A stretch of 64,000 bases of DNA from Flavobacteriaceae bacterium (GCA_038143595.1 JAYQME010000002.1:151788-215787), one strand, 5' to 3'; positions 1-12,667 are shown, numbered from the stretch's first letter. The notes: generated from the sequence alone by a model not told the origin. A program made the numbers and translations.

Positions 1-1
1 T

Positions 2-1060
2 ACCTTTAGTGCCGTTATGCGCGTTAGAGCTGCACTTGCTTTTGGGGTACATAAATTTTTTCAGGAAGAAGGGTTTCACTACATCAATACCCCGATTATT
101 ACAGGGAGTGATGCAGAAGGAGCCGGAGAAATGTTTCGTGTGAGTAACTTACCTGCGAAAAACCCTCCATTAGATGATCAAGGAGAAGTCAACTATCAGG
201 AAGATTTTTTTGGAAAGGAAACCCACCTAACTGTCTCTGGACAACTGGAAGCAGAAACCTATGCCATGGGACTTGGAGAAGTTTATACTTTTGGCCCAAC
301 ATTTAGAGCAGAAAATTCTAATACCACTCGTCATTTAGCTGAATTTTGGATGATCGAACCCGAAATGGCGTTTTTTGATTTGAATGACAATATGGATTTA
401 TCTGAAAAATTCATCAAAAATGTACTATCCTATACCTTAGAAAACTGTAAAGAAGATCTTGCATTTTTGGATGAACGCTATGCTAAAGAAGAAAATGCAA
501 AACCTAAACAACAACGTTCAGAAATGGGATTGCTTGAAAAAATTGAATTTGTAGTTAACAACGAATTTAAGCGAGTGAGTTATACCGAAGCAATTGATAT
601 TCTTAAAAACAGTAAGCCCAATAAAAAGAAAAAATTCACTTACACCATTGAAGAATGGGGAGCTGATCTTCAAAGTGAACACGAACGCTTTTTAGTAGAA
701 AAACATTTTAAAACACCTGTTGTACTTTACGATTATCCGGCTAAAATTAAAGCCTTTTATATGCGCATGAATGAGGATGGTAAAACAGTTAGGGCCATGG
801 ACATTTTATTTCCGGGTATAGGAGAAATGGTTGGAGGCTCACAACGTGAAGAACGATTAGATGTACTTCAAGAACGTATTAAAGCCATGGGAATTGATGA
901 AGAAGAACTATGGTGGTATTTAGACCTTAGGAAATTCGGAACAGCCCCTCATAGTGGTTTTGGATTAGGATTTGAACGTTTGGTGCTCTTTGCTACAGGA
1001 ATGGGGAATATTCGTGATGTGATTCCTTTCCCTAGAACACCTCAAAATGCATCGTTTTAA
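2..1060 (+). CDS. asnS: Asparagine--tRNA ligase (5' end outside window)
   Basis: Class II aaRS motifs [24 protein letters not shown] and [12 protein letters not shown]; the frame is open back to the window edge. Confidence 0.97.
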   Translation, partial: TFSAVMRVRAALAFGVHKFFQEEGFHYINTPIITGSDAEGAGEMFRVSNLPAKNPPLDDQGEVNYQEDFFGKETHLTVSGQLEAETYAMGLGEVYTFGPTFRAENSNTTRHLAEFWMIEPEMAFFDLNDNMDLSEKFIKNVLSYTLENCKEDLAFLDERYAKEENAKPKQQRSEMGLLEKIEFVVNNEFKRVSYTEAIDILKNSKPNKKKKFTYTIEEWGADLQSEHERFLVEKHFKTPVVLYDYPAKIKAFYMRMNEDGKTVRAMDILFPGIGEMVGGSQREERLDVLQERIKAMGIDEEELWWYLDLRKFGTAPHSGFGLGFERLVLFATGMGNIRDVIPFPRTPQNASF

Positions 1061-1106
1061 ATTATAAGCAAGTTTTCCTTATATTTAGGTAAGACTCCAT
1101 CTTATT

Positions 1107-2555
1107 ATGTTAAAACAAAGATTACAACTAAAACTTAATCAAAAACTGTCTCCACAGCAGATACAGTTAATGAAACTGATTCAGCTTCCTACACTTGATT
1201 TTGAACAGCGCTTACAAAATGAAATAGAAGAAAACCCTGCATTAGAAAGTGGAAAAGAAGAATCACAAGGAGAAAATGATCCTATAGAAGACAGCTACGA
1301 AGAAGACAATGAATAAATCGACACCCAAGACATAGATATAGATGCTTATCTAAGTGACGATGAGATCCCCTCGTATAGACTTAACTCAAATAACTACAGT
1401 ACAGATGACGATGAAAAAAACAACCCTATTTCTGGAGGAATAAGCTTTCATGAAATACTTAAAAATCAAATTGGTTCTCTCATACTGACAGACACCCAAA
1501 AAACAGTTGCAGAATTTATCGTCGGAAGTATAGATGAGAGTGGTTACCTAAGACGCTCTATTGAAGATCTTCTAGACGATCTTGCTTTTACACAGGGAAT
1601 CATGGTCAGTCCAGAGGAAATTGAATTAGTACTTCAAGAAGTTCAAGCCATAGACCCACCAGGAGTAGCTGCCAGGGATCTTCAAGAGTGTCTTTCTTTA
1701 CAACTACACAGAAAAGAGACAAGTATTTCTGTAATTGTTGCAAGAAAAATCATCGATGATCACTTTGAATTATTTTCGAAAAAACATTTTAAAAAAATGG
1801 TCGAAAAACTAGATATAAGTGAACAGACGCTCAAAGAAGGATTGTTAGAAATTGAAAAGTTAAATCCAAAACCTGGAGGAGCCATCTCTGGCGTATTTCA
1901 AAACACCCATGTAGTTCCAGATTTTATTCTAACCATTGAAGAGGGTACACTGAATGTATCAATTAACCGAAGAAACACCCCTGAATTACATGTTTCTAGA
2001 GGGTATCAAGACATGTTAAAGGGCTATAAAGATGCGAATGTAAAATCTAAAGCACAAAAAGAAGCAGTCCAATTTATTAAACAAAAACTAGATGCTGCAC
2101 AATGGTTTATTGATGCTATTCAACAACGATATCAGACTTTACACCTTACCATAAATGCAATTGTAGAACATCAAAAAGATTATTTTCTCTCTGGAGACGA
2201 ACATAATTTACGTCCCATGATTTTAAAAGATATTGCTGATAAAATTGAAATGGATATTTCCACTATTTCTAGGGTAGCGAACTCTAAATATATAGATACA
2301 CCCTATGGCACTAAACTCCTTAAAACTTTTTTCTCAGAATCATTAACCAATGCAGATGGAGAGGAAATATCTACGATAGAAGTTAAAAAAACACTACAAA
2401 GTTTAATAGAAAACGAAAACAAGCAAAAACCTTTAGCAGATAACTCTTTAGCCGAAATTCTAAATAAAAAAGGGTATAATATAGCCCGACGAACAGTAGC
2501 TAAATATCGCGAACAACTTAACTTTCCCGTAGCCAGATTGCGCAAGGAGCTATAG
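1107..2555 (+). CDS. rpoN: RNA polymerase sigma-54 factor, interrupted by one in-frame TAA at 1314-1316
   Basis: Region I LSPQQIQLMKLIQLP, ISTISRVANSKY HTH and RpoN box ARRTVAKYRE. ORFs 1107 and 1602 share a frame, and 1317-1601 is open and RpoN-like (YLSDDEIPSY, GSIDESGYL). Confidence 0.93.
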
Positions 2556-3218
2556 CAAGTAAAAAATTAAGCCAATCTGTAAAGCATTGAAACGGGGAAA
2601 AACATTCCTAGTTGTTCTAAGTTCGTCTTTTAATACTGGAAAAAAATCATAGGAGACCCTTATATTCCAAGTATTATATCCTACAGCTAAGGATACTCCA
2701 TGCTGCCATGGACGAATTTGATCGGTAAGTCTAAATTTACTTCCAAAAAAAGGATTATGCTTAGCACCAAACTGATAACTTAAACGATAACCCAAATAAA
2801 TACGCCAAAACGAATAAGAAGTTATACTTGAAGTACGCCAACGTAGTTCTAGTTGAATTTGAAGTTGATGAAAAGAAAATACATTACGCAGAGAAGATTC
2901 GTCTGCAGTTGGAATAGTGTATACGTAAGAACCGGAATAATTTCTTACCGCTACATTGTTGGTCATACGCATATAACCATACCCTAATCCGACACCTAAT
3001 GCTTTATTGGCTTGGCTATTAAGCGGTAAATCTCTGATCATCCCTAAATGGATGCTTCTAGAAAATCCATTTTCCTGAAAACTGCTTACGCCATCGGTTT
3101 GAAGAATGAAATTAATATCTAAATACAATTGATCTTCTCTATAGGAAGAATTGACATCTTCCTGAGCAAAGACTAGGGTGGAATAACATAATACAAATAG
3201 AAAAAATCCTTTTTTCAT
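2550..3218 (-). CDS. Outer-membrane beta-barrel (porin family) protein
   Basis: Signal peptide, YREDQLY motif, alternating beta-strand pattern and aromatic C-terminus. Confidence 0.7.
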   Translation of the reverse strand: MKKGFFLFVLCYSTLVFAQEDVNSSYREDQLYLDINFILQTDGVSSFQENGFSRSIHLGMIRDLPLNSQANKALGVGLGYGYMRMTNNVAVRNYSGSYVYTIPTADESSLRNVFSFHQLQIQLELRWRTSSITSYSFWRIYLGYRLSYQFGAKHNPFFGSKFRLTDQIRPWQHGVSLAVGYNTWNIRVSYDFFPVLKDELRTTRNVFPRFNALQIGLIFYLL

Positions 3219-3248
3219 ATATCGAAGTTACAACATTCAAATTCAGGT

Positions 3249-3276
3249 AAAAAAAAAGCACCCAAAAAGGGTGCTT
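3249..3276 (-). terminator. Intrinsic terminator of the exbB-exbD operon
   Basis: AAGCACCC-aaaaa-GGGTGCTT hairpin preceded by an A-run, which is a U-tract on the minus strand. Confidence 0.75.
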
Positions 3277-3294
3277 ATAAAACCATCAATAATC

Positions 3295-3777
3295 TTAATT
3301 GGTGTTTTGCGTATAATCACCTACACGTGTTGTGTAGTTAATTTTCAAAGCATTAACCTTTCTCAATTCTTGCTTAATATCAGATATTAAACCCATATTA
3401 GTTTCACCATCTACTTTTAAAGCAGTGGTTAATACATTTTGTAATTCTTGACGCTTAGAAGCACGCTCTGCTAGAACAAAAGCAGCTACATCTCCAACTT
3501 CAGCAAATTTATCGTTCAATTGGATACGCGCTTGGTTTCCATACTTATCAGCATATCTACTAGAGGGTTTACCTGCATAGATATACATAACACGGTCTTT
3601 CTTATCAAGTTTTTGAATTTGATCTGCCGCTGGTAAGGAATTCTGAACCATCAAGGTGCTGTCCCGCATTACTGTAGCAACCATAAAGAAAAACAAAAGC
3701 ATGAAAACGATATCTGGTAGGGAAGCGGTTGAAATAGCCGGCAATTCACCACCTTTTTTCTTTTTAAATTTAGACAT
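3295..3777 (-). CDS. exbD: Biopolymer transporter ExbD/TolR family
   Basis: TM motif SLPDIVFMLLFFFMVAT. Confidence 0.9.
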   Translation of the reverse strand: MSKFKKKKGGELPAISTASLPDIVFMLLFFFMVATVMRDSTLMVQNSLPAADQIQKLDKKDRVMYIYAGKPSSRYADKYGNQARIQLNDKFAEVGDVAAFVLAERASKRQELQNVLTTALKVDGETNMGLISDIKQELRKVNALKINYTTRVGDYTQNTN

Positions 3778-3788
3778 ACTGTTACTTT

Positions 3789-4412
3789 TTATTTGGTTTT
3801 ACTAGGTTCTGCCTCAGAAAGCTTTTGAGGATACATGGCCTTAACCTCATCTAACAAAGGCTTCAATTTAGCCTTATCGGTGGACGAAGTCCTTGGGTCA
3901 TCGTATCGACTTTGCGCTTCTCTATAATTGAGACCTGACATAGGGTTTAACGCTGTAAACTCGCGATCTCTTAAGTCATTATAAGCTGCTACCAATTCGT
4001 TTTGAACAGCTATATATACTTTATAAGAGGTTTCACGATCATTTTTTAATGAGATAATTGCTTTCTCGGGGTTGTCAGAGGAACTCGTATCTTTTGCTCC
4101 CTTGCAGTAGTCACAAGCTTCTTCTCCTGTACCTCCACCGTTATCTAAAAAGGCAATCGCTGCTTGACGCAATTCGCTTAATTCCATGACATCTTCTTCT
4201 ACCAAAAGACGGTTATCTTTGTTTACAACCACTGTAAAGATATTACGCTCTTTAATCACTGGAGGGTCCACAATTTCGTCTGTAGGAGGTAGTTTACGAT
4301 TGATACCTGAATCGGTTTCAATCGTGGTGGTTACCAAGAAAAAGATTAATAGCAAGAAAGCGATGTCTGCCATCGAACCAGCATTAACTTCTGGTGCTGC
4401 TCTTTTTGCCAT
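3789..4412 (-). CDS. exbD: Biopolymer transporter ExbD/TolR family
   Basis: TM motif SMADIAFLLLIFFLVTT. Confidence 0.9.
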   Translation of the reverse strand: MAKRAAPEVNAGSMADIAFLLLIFFLVTTTIETDSGINRKLPPTDEIVDPPVIKERNIFTVVVNKDNRLLVEEDVMELSELRQAAIAFLDNGGGTGEEACDYCKGAKDTSSSDNPEKAIISLKNDRETSYKVYIAVQNELVAAYNDLRDREFTALNPMSGLNYREAQSRYDDPRTSSTDKAKLKPLLDEVKAMYPQKLSEAEPSKTK

Positions 4413-4414
4413 AA

Positions 4415-4864
4415 TTATCTGTTAATTAATCGTTTTACACCAGAATAGGCCATTGCTATTATCGCAATTGCTCCCAGATAGTAGAATACACGTATACCTG
4501 TTTCTACCCATCTTGCTCCTGAAGCTGATAATACTTCACCGTCTTTAAGAGGCGTTTCTACACCCGTTGATAGCGCATAGGCTAAACCTACTACCACCAC
4601 TAAAAAAGCAACAGAAATAAGTGCTTTTTTCAATTTTTGAGTGTCACCAAATAAGGTAACTAATGAAAAAATAACTGTAGCTGCCACAGAGATCACAAGA
4701 ATAAGTTGTGCTATGCTAATTAGAGGTGATACAGTCCCATAGTCTCCCATGGAAGCTGCCATCTTAATTTCTTCATCACCTGCACCTATGACTCTAAAGA
4801 GAAATACAACTCCTAAGACACCAAGTAGTCCAGCGACGATTTTAACTATTTTTTGAAAATTCAT
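4415..4864 (-). CDS. Conserved 4-TM membrane protein of the Bacteroidota exbB-exbD operon
   Basis: Four hydrophobic segments; located between exbB and exbD. Confidence 0.8.
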   Translation of the reverse strand: MNFQKIVKIVAGLLGVLGVVFLFRVIGAGDEEIKMAASMGDYGTVSPLISIAQLILVISVAATVIFSLVTLFGDTQKLKKALISVAFLVVVVGLAYALSTGVETPLKDGEVLSASGARWVETGIRVFYYLGAIAIIAMAYSGVKRLINR

Positions 4865-4889
4865 AATCTACAATGTTTAGTGAAGGTTA

Positions 4890-5657
4890 TTACTTCTTGT
4901 GCGCCACAAGGATATCAACTAGGGTAATAGAAGCTTCTTCCATATCGTTAACGATCCCGTCGATTTTGGCAACAATGTAGTTATAAAAAATTTGAAGAAT
5001 AATTGCAACAACTAATCCAAATACGGTAGTAAGAAGGGCTACTTTAATCCCTCCTGCTACTAAAGAAGGTTGCATATCTCCTGCTGCTTCAATTTTATCA
5101 AAGGCCTGAATCATTCCGATTACAGTTCCCATGAACCCAAGCATCGGCGCAAGTGCAATAAATAATGAGATCCAAGAAACATTCTTCTCTAATTGACCCA
5201 TTTGTACACCTCCATAAGCAACAACTGCTTTTTCAGCACTCTCTACACCTTCGTCTACACGGTCTAAACCTTGGTAAAAAATAGATGCTACAGGTCCTTT
5301 AGTATTTCTACATAATTCTTTTGCCGCTTCTACACCGCCACTCGCTAGTGCTTCCTCAACCCCGTCAGTTAGTTTCTTGGTATTCGTTGAAGAAAGGTTC
5401 AAAAAGATGATTCTTTCAATCGCAATGGCTAATCCAAGAATCAAGCAAATTAAAACGATTCCCATAAAACCTGGACCTCCTTCAATAAAACGTTTTTTAA
5501 GTTCTTGTGTAAATGAAGCTTCAGCGGCTGGTGCTTCTGCTTGATCATCTTGAACAATCGTTGAAACAGAAAGATTGTCTAGATTAGTTGTATTGGCATT
5601 GGCAGTAAAAGAAGCCATGAACATGCTCATTACAAGGGTAACGAATAATTTTCTCAT
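4890..5657 (-). CDS. exbB: MotA/TolQ/ExbB proton channel protein
   Basis: APMLGFMGTVIGMIQAF and GIKVALLTTVFGL motifs. Confidence 0.92.
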   Translation of the reverse strand: MRKLFVTLVMSMFMASFTANANTTNLDNLSVSTIVQDDQAEAPAAEASFTQELKKRFIEGGPGFMGIVLICLILGLAIAIERIIFLNLSSTNTKKLTDGVEEALASGGVEAAKELCRNTKGPVASIFYQGLDRVDEGVESAEKAVVAYGGVQMGQLEKNVSWISLFIALAPMLGFMGTVIGMIQAFDKIEAAGDMQPSLVAGGIKVALLTTVFGLVVAIILQIFYNYIVAKIDGIVNDMEEASITLVDILVAHKK

Positions 5658-5729
5658 TTTGATGATTTTTGTGTTCTTATTATTTAAGTGTTTAAAGATA
5701 AAAAAAAATATGGTTATACATAATTTTTG

Positions 5730-5817
5730 CAGAGAGGAAGGGATTCGAACCCTCGATACGCTTTTGGCGTATACACACTTTCCAGGCGTGCGCCTTCGAC
5801 CACTCGGCCACCTCTCT
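5730..5817 (-). tRNA. tRNA-Ser (GGA)
   Basis: Minus strand has an AGAGAGG/CCTCTCT acceptor stem, anticodon arm CACGC-CT-GGA-AA-GTGTG, a long variable arm and a GGTTCGAATCC T-loop. Confidence 0.96.
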
Positions 5818-5882
5818 ATAATTTGGTCCGAAATAACAAAAAAAATAGTTGCTTTTGAAATAATTTTAAAGAAAAAACTTAT

Positions 5883-6649
5883 TTATTTTAATCTATCAAA
5901 AACAGCCTGGGCATTCTTAGTTGTTACACTTGCTATGGTAGACTCTGGTAACTGATAGATATCACTCAGCTTATTTACAATTAAAGACAAATAAGCACTT
6001 TCATTTCTCTTACCTCTATAGGGGTTGGTGCTAGATAAGGAGCATCCGTTTCCAAAACGAGAGAGGACAAGGGAATTCTATGAAGAAACTGATCTATTTT
6101 TCCGTTCTTAAAAGTAACGACACCTCCGATACCCAGCTTTAGATTATAACTTATGGCTCTTTCCGCATCGGATTCAGTTCCTGTAAAGCAATGAAAAACA
6201 CCGTATAAATCTTCCCCTTTGTTATTTTCTAAAACCTCAAAGACTTCTTCGAAGGCCTCTCGGCAATGAATTACAATAGGGAGCTTCTTTTCTTTAGCCC
6301 ATTTAATTTGGGTATCAAAAGCCACCTTTTGGTCAGCTAAAAAACTTTTGTCCCAGTACAAATCAATTCCTATTTCCCCCACTGCGCAATAATTGTGTCT
6401 ATCTAATTCACTTTTCACATGTGCTAATTCTTCCTTTACATTGGCTTTAACATGGGTTGGATGAAGCCCCATCATTAATTTTACATAATTAGGATAGGCT
6501 TTTTCTAGGGTCAACATCTTTTTTGTGTAGGCACTATCTATCGCGGGTAAATAAAACTGCTTTACGCCATTTTCAATAGCTCGCTGTATAACCTCATCGC
6601 GGTCATCATCAAAATCTTCTACATACAAATGGGTGTGGGTGTCAATCAT
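5883..6649 (-). CDS. tatD: TatD family DNase, frameshifted near 6021-6024
   Basis: DTHTH, GEIGID, IHCR, HCF and ETDAPYLAP motifs. Adding one base to the G4 run restores PYRGKRNESAYL...NAQAVF to a stop at 5883. Confidence 0.92.
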
Positions 6650-6748
6650 TCTAAGAAAGTTTAACTATACAAATTTCAAATGGAATTGTAGGGCTAAAAT
6701 ACAGCTTTCAATTAAGTTCAAGAGGAAATTTTTATACCTTTATTATTC

Positions 6749-7213
6749 ATGAAAAAAATAAAAAACTCCACTAATCGTTTAGATATTCCTCTTCAATTTA
6801 CAGAAAGTCAACACCTAATATGCCGCCTTTATATTAATAATAATGAAGGCTTATTTTTAATTGATACTGGGGCATCTAACAGTTGCATAGATCATGAAAA
6901 AGCTTCTGATTTTGATTTGATCCCAGAAGGGGACTCCTTACCTATGACAGCAGCAAGCGAAACTCAGCTAACAGCTAGGGGGAGCCAAAAAAGTATTTTA
7001 GGAACCCAGGAGCAATCTATTATGGAAATTTCATTTATGCTTATTGACTTACAAACAATCAACGATGCATTAGAAAAGCAATATTGCCTACCTATTGACG
7101 GCATCATTGGTGCAGATGTTTTGCAAGAAAATAATGCCATAGTTGATTATGGACGTGCTCAACTAAGCTTACAAATAAGTCAGAAATCTAAGACAACTCC
7201 AATGCCCTTTTAG
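6749..7213 (+). CDS. Retropepsin-like (clan AA) aspartic protease
   Basis: FLIDTGAS catalytic motif and DGIIGAD motif. Confidence 0.85.
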   Translation: MKKIKNSTNRLDIPLQFTESQHLICRLYINNNEGLFLIDTGASNSCIDHEKASDFDLIPEGDSLPMTAASETQLTARGSQKSILGTQEQSIMEISFMLIDLQTINDALEKQYCLPIDGIIGADVLQENNAIVDYGRAQLSLQISQKSKTTPMPF

Positions 7214-8402
7214 GGTCATTGTCCATCAATAATTCCACAGGATTTTCTAAGGCCTCTTTAACGGCGACTAAAAACCCAACAGATTCTCTTCCATCTACTA
7301 TACGGTGGTCATAGGATAAGGCCAAATACATCATGGGATGTATCTCTACTTTTCCGTCTACTGCGATAGGGCGTTCGATGATGTTATGCATTCCTAAAAT
7401 TCCGGACTGTGGGGGATTTATAATTGGGGTAGAAAGCATAGAACCAAACACACCTCCATTAGAGATCGTAAAAGTTCCTCCTGTCATTTCATCTACTGTA
7501 ATTTGACCGTCGCGAGCACGAATAGCTAAACGTTTTATCTCTGCTTCAACCCCTCTAAATGATAGTGCTTCTGCATTTCTGACCACTGGAACCATCAATC
7601 CTTTTGGCCCTGAAACAGCTACACTAATATCACAATAATCAAATTTAATTTGGTAATCTCCATCAATCATAGAATTCACGTCTGGAAACTCTTGCAAGGC
7701 ACGAACTACTGCTTTGGTAAAGAAACTCATAAAACCTAAACCTACTCCGTGTTTCTCCTTGAATGCTTCTTTATACTCGTTACGCAAAGCAAATATTGGA
7801 CTCATATTGGCTTCATTAAATGTCGTTAACATTGCCGTTTCATTTTTAGCAGTAACTAAACGCTCGGCAACTTTACGACGGAGTAAAGACATTTTTTTTC
7901 TTCCTGTTTCGCGGGCTCCGTGAACTGGAGGCGTCCCCATAGCAGGCACAGCATTAATCGCGTCTTGATGAGTGATTCGTCCTGCTCTACCAGATCCTTT
8001 AACCTCAGAGGCAGCAATGCCTTTCTCGTCCAATATTTTTTTAGCTGCTGGAGAAGGTGTTCCAGAGGCATAAGTCTTTTCTTCTAATGGAGTAGCTGTG
8101 GGAGCTGCTTCAGCTTCAGTGGCTGTAATGGGTGATTCAACCGGTTTAGATTCCCCAGAGGGCTGACCTTCAGTATCAATAAGGCAAACCACTTGACCTA
8201 CCTCAACAGCATCTCCTTCTTCTGCTTTTAAAGTAATTGTCCCACTAACTTCTGCAGGAAGTTCTAGGGTTGCTTTGTCTGAATCAACTTCAGCAATTGC
8301 TTGATCTTTTTCAACATAATCTCCATCAGAAACGAGCCATTGAGCAATTTCTACTTCAGTGATGGATTCTCCAGGAGATGGGACTTTCATTTCTAAAATC
8401 AT
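7188..8402 (-). CDS. sucB: 2-oxoglutarate dehydrogenase E2, dihydrolipoyl succinyltransferase
   Basis: Lipoyl domain DSDKA, E3-binding domain and SYDHRIVDG. The likely start is the ATG at 8402 ([13 protein letters not shown]). Confidence 0.96.
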   Translation of the reverse strand: MILEMKVPSPGESITEVEIAQWLVSDGDYVEKDQAIAEVDSDKATLELPAEVSGTITLKAEEGDAVEVGQVVCLIDTEGQPSGESKPVESPITATEAEAAPTATPLEEKTYASGTPSPAAKKILDEKGIAASEVKGSGRAGRITHQDAINAVPAMGTPPVHGARETGRKKMSLLRRKVAERLVTAKNETAMLTTFNEANMSPIFALRNEYKEAFKEKHGVGLGFMSFFTKAVVRALQEFPDVNSMIDGDYQIKFDYCDISVAVSGPKGLMVPVVRNAEALSFRGVEAEIKRLAIRARDGQITVDEMTGGTFTISNGGVFGSMLSTPIINPPQSGILGMHNIIERPIAVDGKVEIHPMMYLALSYDHRIVDGRESVGFLVAVKEALENPVELLMDNDPKRALELS

Positions 8403-8421
8403 CGGGAGTGGGTTTTGTAGT

Positions 8422-11184
8422 TTATTTTGTTTTACGAATAAAATTATCTTTTGTTTTGTCAAAGACATAATCAATTACGCCTTGGTGACGTTTGGAAGAG
8501 CGCGTAGCACTCCCCGCCGCGGGTGTTGCATAAAATCGTCGTGATGCCGGACGAAAACGCGCAGCTTCTGGTAAATGCATTAATAAATGAGACCAAGCAC
8601 CCATGTTTCTAGGTTCCTCTTGGGCCCATACTATATCTTCTACGTCTGCATAGGCAGCTAGTTGTTCTTGTATGGCAGCTGTAGGAAGAGGGAAAAGCTG
8701 TTCTACACGAACCAAAGCAACATCTTCTATTCCTCTTTCTTCTCTTTCTTTTAATAGATCATAGTAAAATTTACCGCTACAGAACACTAATTTTTTAGCT
8801 TTACTAGGGTTTATTTTATCATCGCCAATTACAGTTTTAAAACTACCCTCGCTAAACTCTGCTAGGGACGAAACAACCGAAGGATGGCGAAGTAAACTTT
8901 TAGGAGTAAAGACCACCAAAGGTTTCCTATAATTAGACTTTACTTGTCTACGCAAAAGATGAAATAAATTCGCGGGCGTAGTACAATTGGCAATAAACAT
9001 GTTATCCTTGGCGCACAGTTGCAAATATCGCTCCATACGTGCAGATGAGTGCTCAGCACCTTGTCCTTCATAACCGTGCGGTAAAAGAAGTACAATTCCA
9101 TTTTGCAATTTCCATTTATCTTCTGCAGCAGATATATACTGGTCAATCATAATCTGAGCACCATTAGAGAAATCTCCAAATTGAGCTTCCCAAATAGTTA
9201 ACCCGTTGGGACTGGCCATGGCGTAACCATAATCAAATCCTAAAACACCGTATTCTGATAACAGTGAATTGTAAATACTAAACTTTGCTTGTTCTTTTTG
9301 AATGTCGTTTAATAAGATGATTTCTTCTTCGGACTCTTCTGCTTTTACAATAGCATGCCGATGAGAAAAAGTTCCTCTTTCAACATCTTGTCCAGAAATA
9401 CGTACTTCATGTCCTTCAGCTAGTAAGCTTCCGTAAGCCAAAAGTTCTCCCATGGCCCAATCCATAGCATCATTTTCAAAAAACATTTTTTGACGATCTC
9501 CAATTAGTTTTTCAATCTTACGCAAGAACTTTTTATCACTAGGTAATTCTGTAATCGTTTTAGCAACTTGAGTAAGTAATTCTTTGGAAACAGAGGTAGG
9601 TACCTCTTTCATCATTTCAGATTCATCTACTCGGGTAAAACCTTTCCATTCATCTTGCATGAAGGGAGTGATCTCTGTTTTTTCTATTTTACGAGAATCT
9701 TCCAAATCAACTTCTAAAGAATTCTTGTAGTCTTTTTCTAATTGCTTAACTTCTGCCTGGGTAATAATTCCTTGAGAAATTAAATGGGCAGCATAAATAT
9801 CACGTGGATTTTTATGCTTGGCGATCGCCTTATATAATTTTGGTTGGGTAAAACGAGGCTCATCACCTTCATTGTGCCCATATTTTCTATACCCTAATAA
9901 ATCAATAAACACATCACGCCCAAATTTCATTCGATAGTCTAAAGCAAATAAGGTAGCGTGAACAACCGCTTCCGCATCGTCTGCATTTACATGTAACACA
10001 GGAGAAAGGGTCACTTTAGCTACATCTGTACAATAGGTAGAAGAACGTGCATCGAGGTAATTGGTGGTAAATCCGACTTGATTATTTACTACAATATGAA
10101 CAGTACCTCCCGTTCCATATCCTTTTAATCTGGCCATTTGAACAATCTCATAGGGCAATCCTTGGCCTGCAATAGCTGCATCTCCATGGACAATAATCGG
10201 CAGTACTTTATTAGTGTTAAAATTATATTTATTTTCTAATTTCGCTCGGGTAATTCCTTGAACAACCGCACCTACAGTCTCTAAGTGAGAAGGATTAGGA
10301 GCAATATTCATATTGATTTTTTTTCCATTATCTGTACTGCGTTTTGCAGTCCAGCCAAGGTGATACTTTACATCCCCATCGAAGACAACTTCTTCGTAAT
10401 CTTTACCATCAAATTCCGAGAAAATATCTCGACTAGATTTTCCAAAGATATTGGTTAACGTGTTTAGACGCCCCCTATGAGCCATACCCATTACAAATTC
10501 TTCTACACCTTGCTCGGCTGCGGCTTCTACTACTGCATCTAAGGCTGGGATTAGAGACTCCCCTCCTTCTAGAGAGAAACGCTTTTGTCCAACATATTTA
10601 GTGTGTAAAAAGTTTTCAAAAGAAACTGCCTGGTTGAGCTTTTTAAGAATGTGTTTTTTCTGTGTTACAGAAAATTTTGGGTGATTATTATTAATATGCA
10701 ATCGCTCTTGTATCCAATTAACCTTTTCTGGATCACGGATATACATATATTCTACTCCAATAGAGTCGCAATAGATTTGCTCTAAATGGTCAATGATTTC
10801 AGCTAAAGTTGCTGGACCAATACCCATAGTTTCCCCTGCATTAAACACCTGATTAAGGTCTGCTTGTGACAAACCAAAGTTCTCTATGGCTAAGTTGGGC
10901 GTATAGGTACGTCGATCTCTGACCGGGTTTGTCTTAGTGAACAAATGTCCGCGTTTTCGGTAAGCGTCGATAAGTTGAACTACCTTAAACTCTCGTTGTA
11001 AATGTTCGGGGACTTGCGAAGATTCTTCCGTTCCGCCTCCGGTACCATTTTCCATACCAAAATCAAAACCTTGAAAAAAGGCTCGCCAACTAGGCTCTAC
11101 ACTATCGGGTTGTTGTAAATACTGGTCGTATAGTTGCGCAAAATACGCAGTATGCGCAGCGTTTAAAAAGGAATATTTATCCAT
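8422..11184 (-). CDS. sucA: 2-oxoglutarate dehydrogenase E1
   Basis: [30 protein letters not shown] and WEAQFGDF motifs. Confidence 0.97.
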   Translation of the reverse strand: MDKYSFLNAAHTAYFAQLYDQYLQQPDSVEPSWRAFFQGFDFGMENGTGGGTEESSQVPEHLQREFKVVQLIDAYRKRGHLFTKTNPVRDRRTYTPNLAIENFGLSQADLNQVFNAGETMGIGPATLAEIIDHLEQIYCDSIGVEYMYIRDPEKVNWIQERLHINNNHPKFSVTQKKHILKKLNQAVSFENFLHTKYVGQKRFSLEGGESLIPALDAVVEAAAEQGVEEFVMGMAHRGRLNTLTNIFGKSSRDIFSEFDGKDYEEVVFDGDVKYHLGWTAKRSTDNGKKINMNIAPNPSHLETVGAVVQGITRAKLENKYNFNTNKVLPIIVHGDAAIAGQGLPYEIVQMARLKGYGTGGTVHIVVNNQVGFTTNYLDARSSTYCTDVAKVTLSPVLHVNADDAEAVVHATLFALDYRMKFGRDVFIDLLGYRKYGHNEGDEPRFTQPKLYKAIAKHKNPRDIYAAHLISQGIITQAEVKQLEKDYKNSLEVDLEDSRKIEKTEITPFMQDEWKGFTRVDESEMMKEVPTSVSKELLTQVAKTITELPSDKKFLRKIEKLIGDRQKMFFENDAMDWAMGELLAYGSLLAEGHEVRISGQDVERGTFSHRHAIVKAEESEEEIILLNDIQKEQAKFSIYNSLLSEYGVLGFDYGYAMASPNGLTIWEAQFGDFSNGAQIMIDQYISAAEDKWKLQNGIVLLLPHGYEGQGAEHSSARMERYLQLCAKDNMFIANCTTPANLFHLLRRQVKSNYRKPLVVFTPKSLLRHPSVVSSLAEFSEGSFKTVIGDDKINPSKAKKLVFCSGKFYYDLLKEREERGIEDVALVRVEQLFPLPTAAIQEQLAAYADVEDIVWAQEEPRNMGAWSHLLMHLPEAARFRPASRRFYATPAAGSATRSSKRHQGVIDYVFDKTKDNFIRKTK

Positions 11185-11374
11185 TGTGATGGGATCTCAT
11201 CAATTCTAGTTGAACAAAATTACAATATTTAATCAAAGCATAGCCCCCCTTTCACACTTTTTAAAGTTGTATTTATCATAAGTCTCTTCCTTTTTGTGAT
11301 CTCTTGTTGATTATCTTTTGAATAGGCTTAAGAAAAGAGCAAGACATCCAACAGGAAATGTTTATTTTTGAAGC

Positions 11375-12667
11375 ATGTTTGCATTGGTAGATTGTAACAA
11401 TTTTTATGCGTCTTGCGAGCGGGTGTTTCAGCCTCAGCTAGCACAACAACCTGTTGTTATTTTATCTAATAATGATGGTTGTGTTATTGCGCGTAGTAAT
11501 GAAGCTAAGGCTCTTGGAATTCCTATGGGAGCACCTGCATTTCAATATAAACCACTTTTCAAACGAGAAAATGTACAGGTTTTCTCTTCCAATTATCCGC
11601 TCTATGGCGACATGAGTAGCCGGGTAATGAATATATTAAGCCAATACACCCCTAATATTGAAATTTATAGTATCGACGAGGCCTTTCTTCAGTTTAAGGG
11701 ATTTGATTATTTTGACTTAGAGAAGCAAGGCCAAGCAATGAAGCAACAAGTCCAACAATGGACAGGTATTCCGGTATCTGTAGGCATCGCGCCTACAAAA
11801 GCGTTGGCTAAGATCGCCAATAAAATCAGTAAAAAGTTTACATCAAAAACCCAAGGTGTATACCTCATGAAAACCGAAGAACAGCGAATAAAAGCCCTTA
11901 AATGGACAGCCGTTGAGGATATCTGGGGTATCGGTCGCCGCCATGCAAATCGTCTTAAATCCAAAGGTATACACACTGCTTACGACTTTAGCAATCTGCC
12001 TGACAGCTGGCTTCGAAAACATATGAGTGTCTTAGAGTTACGTCTTAAAAAAGATTTATTGGGCCTCCCTTATCTGCAACTAAACGAAACCCAAAGTAAT
12101 AAGAAATCCATTGCCACCACGCGTAGTTTTAAAACACACCTAAAGGAATATAACGAAATTGAAGAACGCATAATTACCTATGCAACCAGTTGTGCGGAAA
12201 AATTACGTAAGCAGGGTAGCAGCTGCAATGCGCTACTTGTTTTTATACGCAGTAATCCACACAAGGAAGGGAATCCCTATTATCGCAATAGTCGTATCAT
12301 TACACTTCCCTACGCTACCGACTCAAACATTACCTTAGCAAAGTATGCCACGCTTGGATTAAAACAAATTTTTAAAGACGGCATCGACTACAAAAAAGCG
12401 GGTGTGATCTTAATGGGCTTAACCCCCACCAAAGAGAAACAACTAGACCTATTCCATACTGACCAGAATAAACACGATGCACTTATGGGAGCCATTGATC
12501 ATTTACATAGGCGATTTGGACCCCACCAAATTAAATTGGCTAACCAAGATTTAAATGCAACATGGAAGATGAGACAAGAACATCTATCCCCTCGATACAC
12601 GACTGAAATAAATGATATTATTCGCGTAAAAGCACCTCTTAATAGCCGAATATATCGTAAGGATTAA
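11375..12667 (+). CDS. umuC: Y-family DNA polymerase V catalytic subunit
   Basis: VDCNNFYASCE, SNNDGCVIARS and YSIDEAF motifs; C-terminal WKMRQEHLSPRYTT. Confidence 0.95.
   Translation: MFALVDCNNFYASCERVFQPQLAQQPVVILSNNDGCVIARSNEAKALGIPMGAPAFQYKPLFKRENVQVFSSNYPLYGDMSSRVMNILSQYTPNIEIYSIDEAFLQFKGFDYFDLEKQGQAMKQQVQQWTGIPVSVGIAPTKALAKIANKISKKFTSKTQGVYLMKTEEQRIKALKWTAVEDIWGIGRRHANRLKSKGIHTAYDFSNLPDSWLRKHMSVLELRLKKDLLGLPYLQLNETQSNKKSIATTRSFKTHLKEYNEIEERIITYATSCAEKLRKQGSSCNALLVFIRSNPHKEGNPYYRNSRIITLPYATDSNITLAKYATLGLKQIFKDGIDYKKAGVILMGLTPTKEKQLDLFHTDQNKHDALMGAIDHLHRRFGPHQIKLANQDLNATWKMRQEHLSPRYTTEINDIIRVKAPLNSRIYRKD

Noticed and set aside
5575-5955. 126-aa plus-strand ORF
   Set aside because: It is antisense to exbB, tRNA-Ser and the tatD tail, so it is a shadow ORF.
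11345-11360. TCC-N4-GGA near the umuC promoter as a possible SOS box
   Set aside because: It is too short, and I cannot match it confidently to a known Bacteroidota LexA motif.
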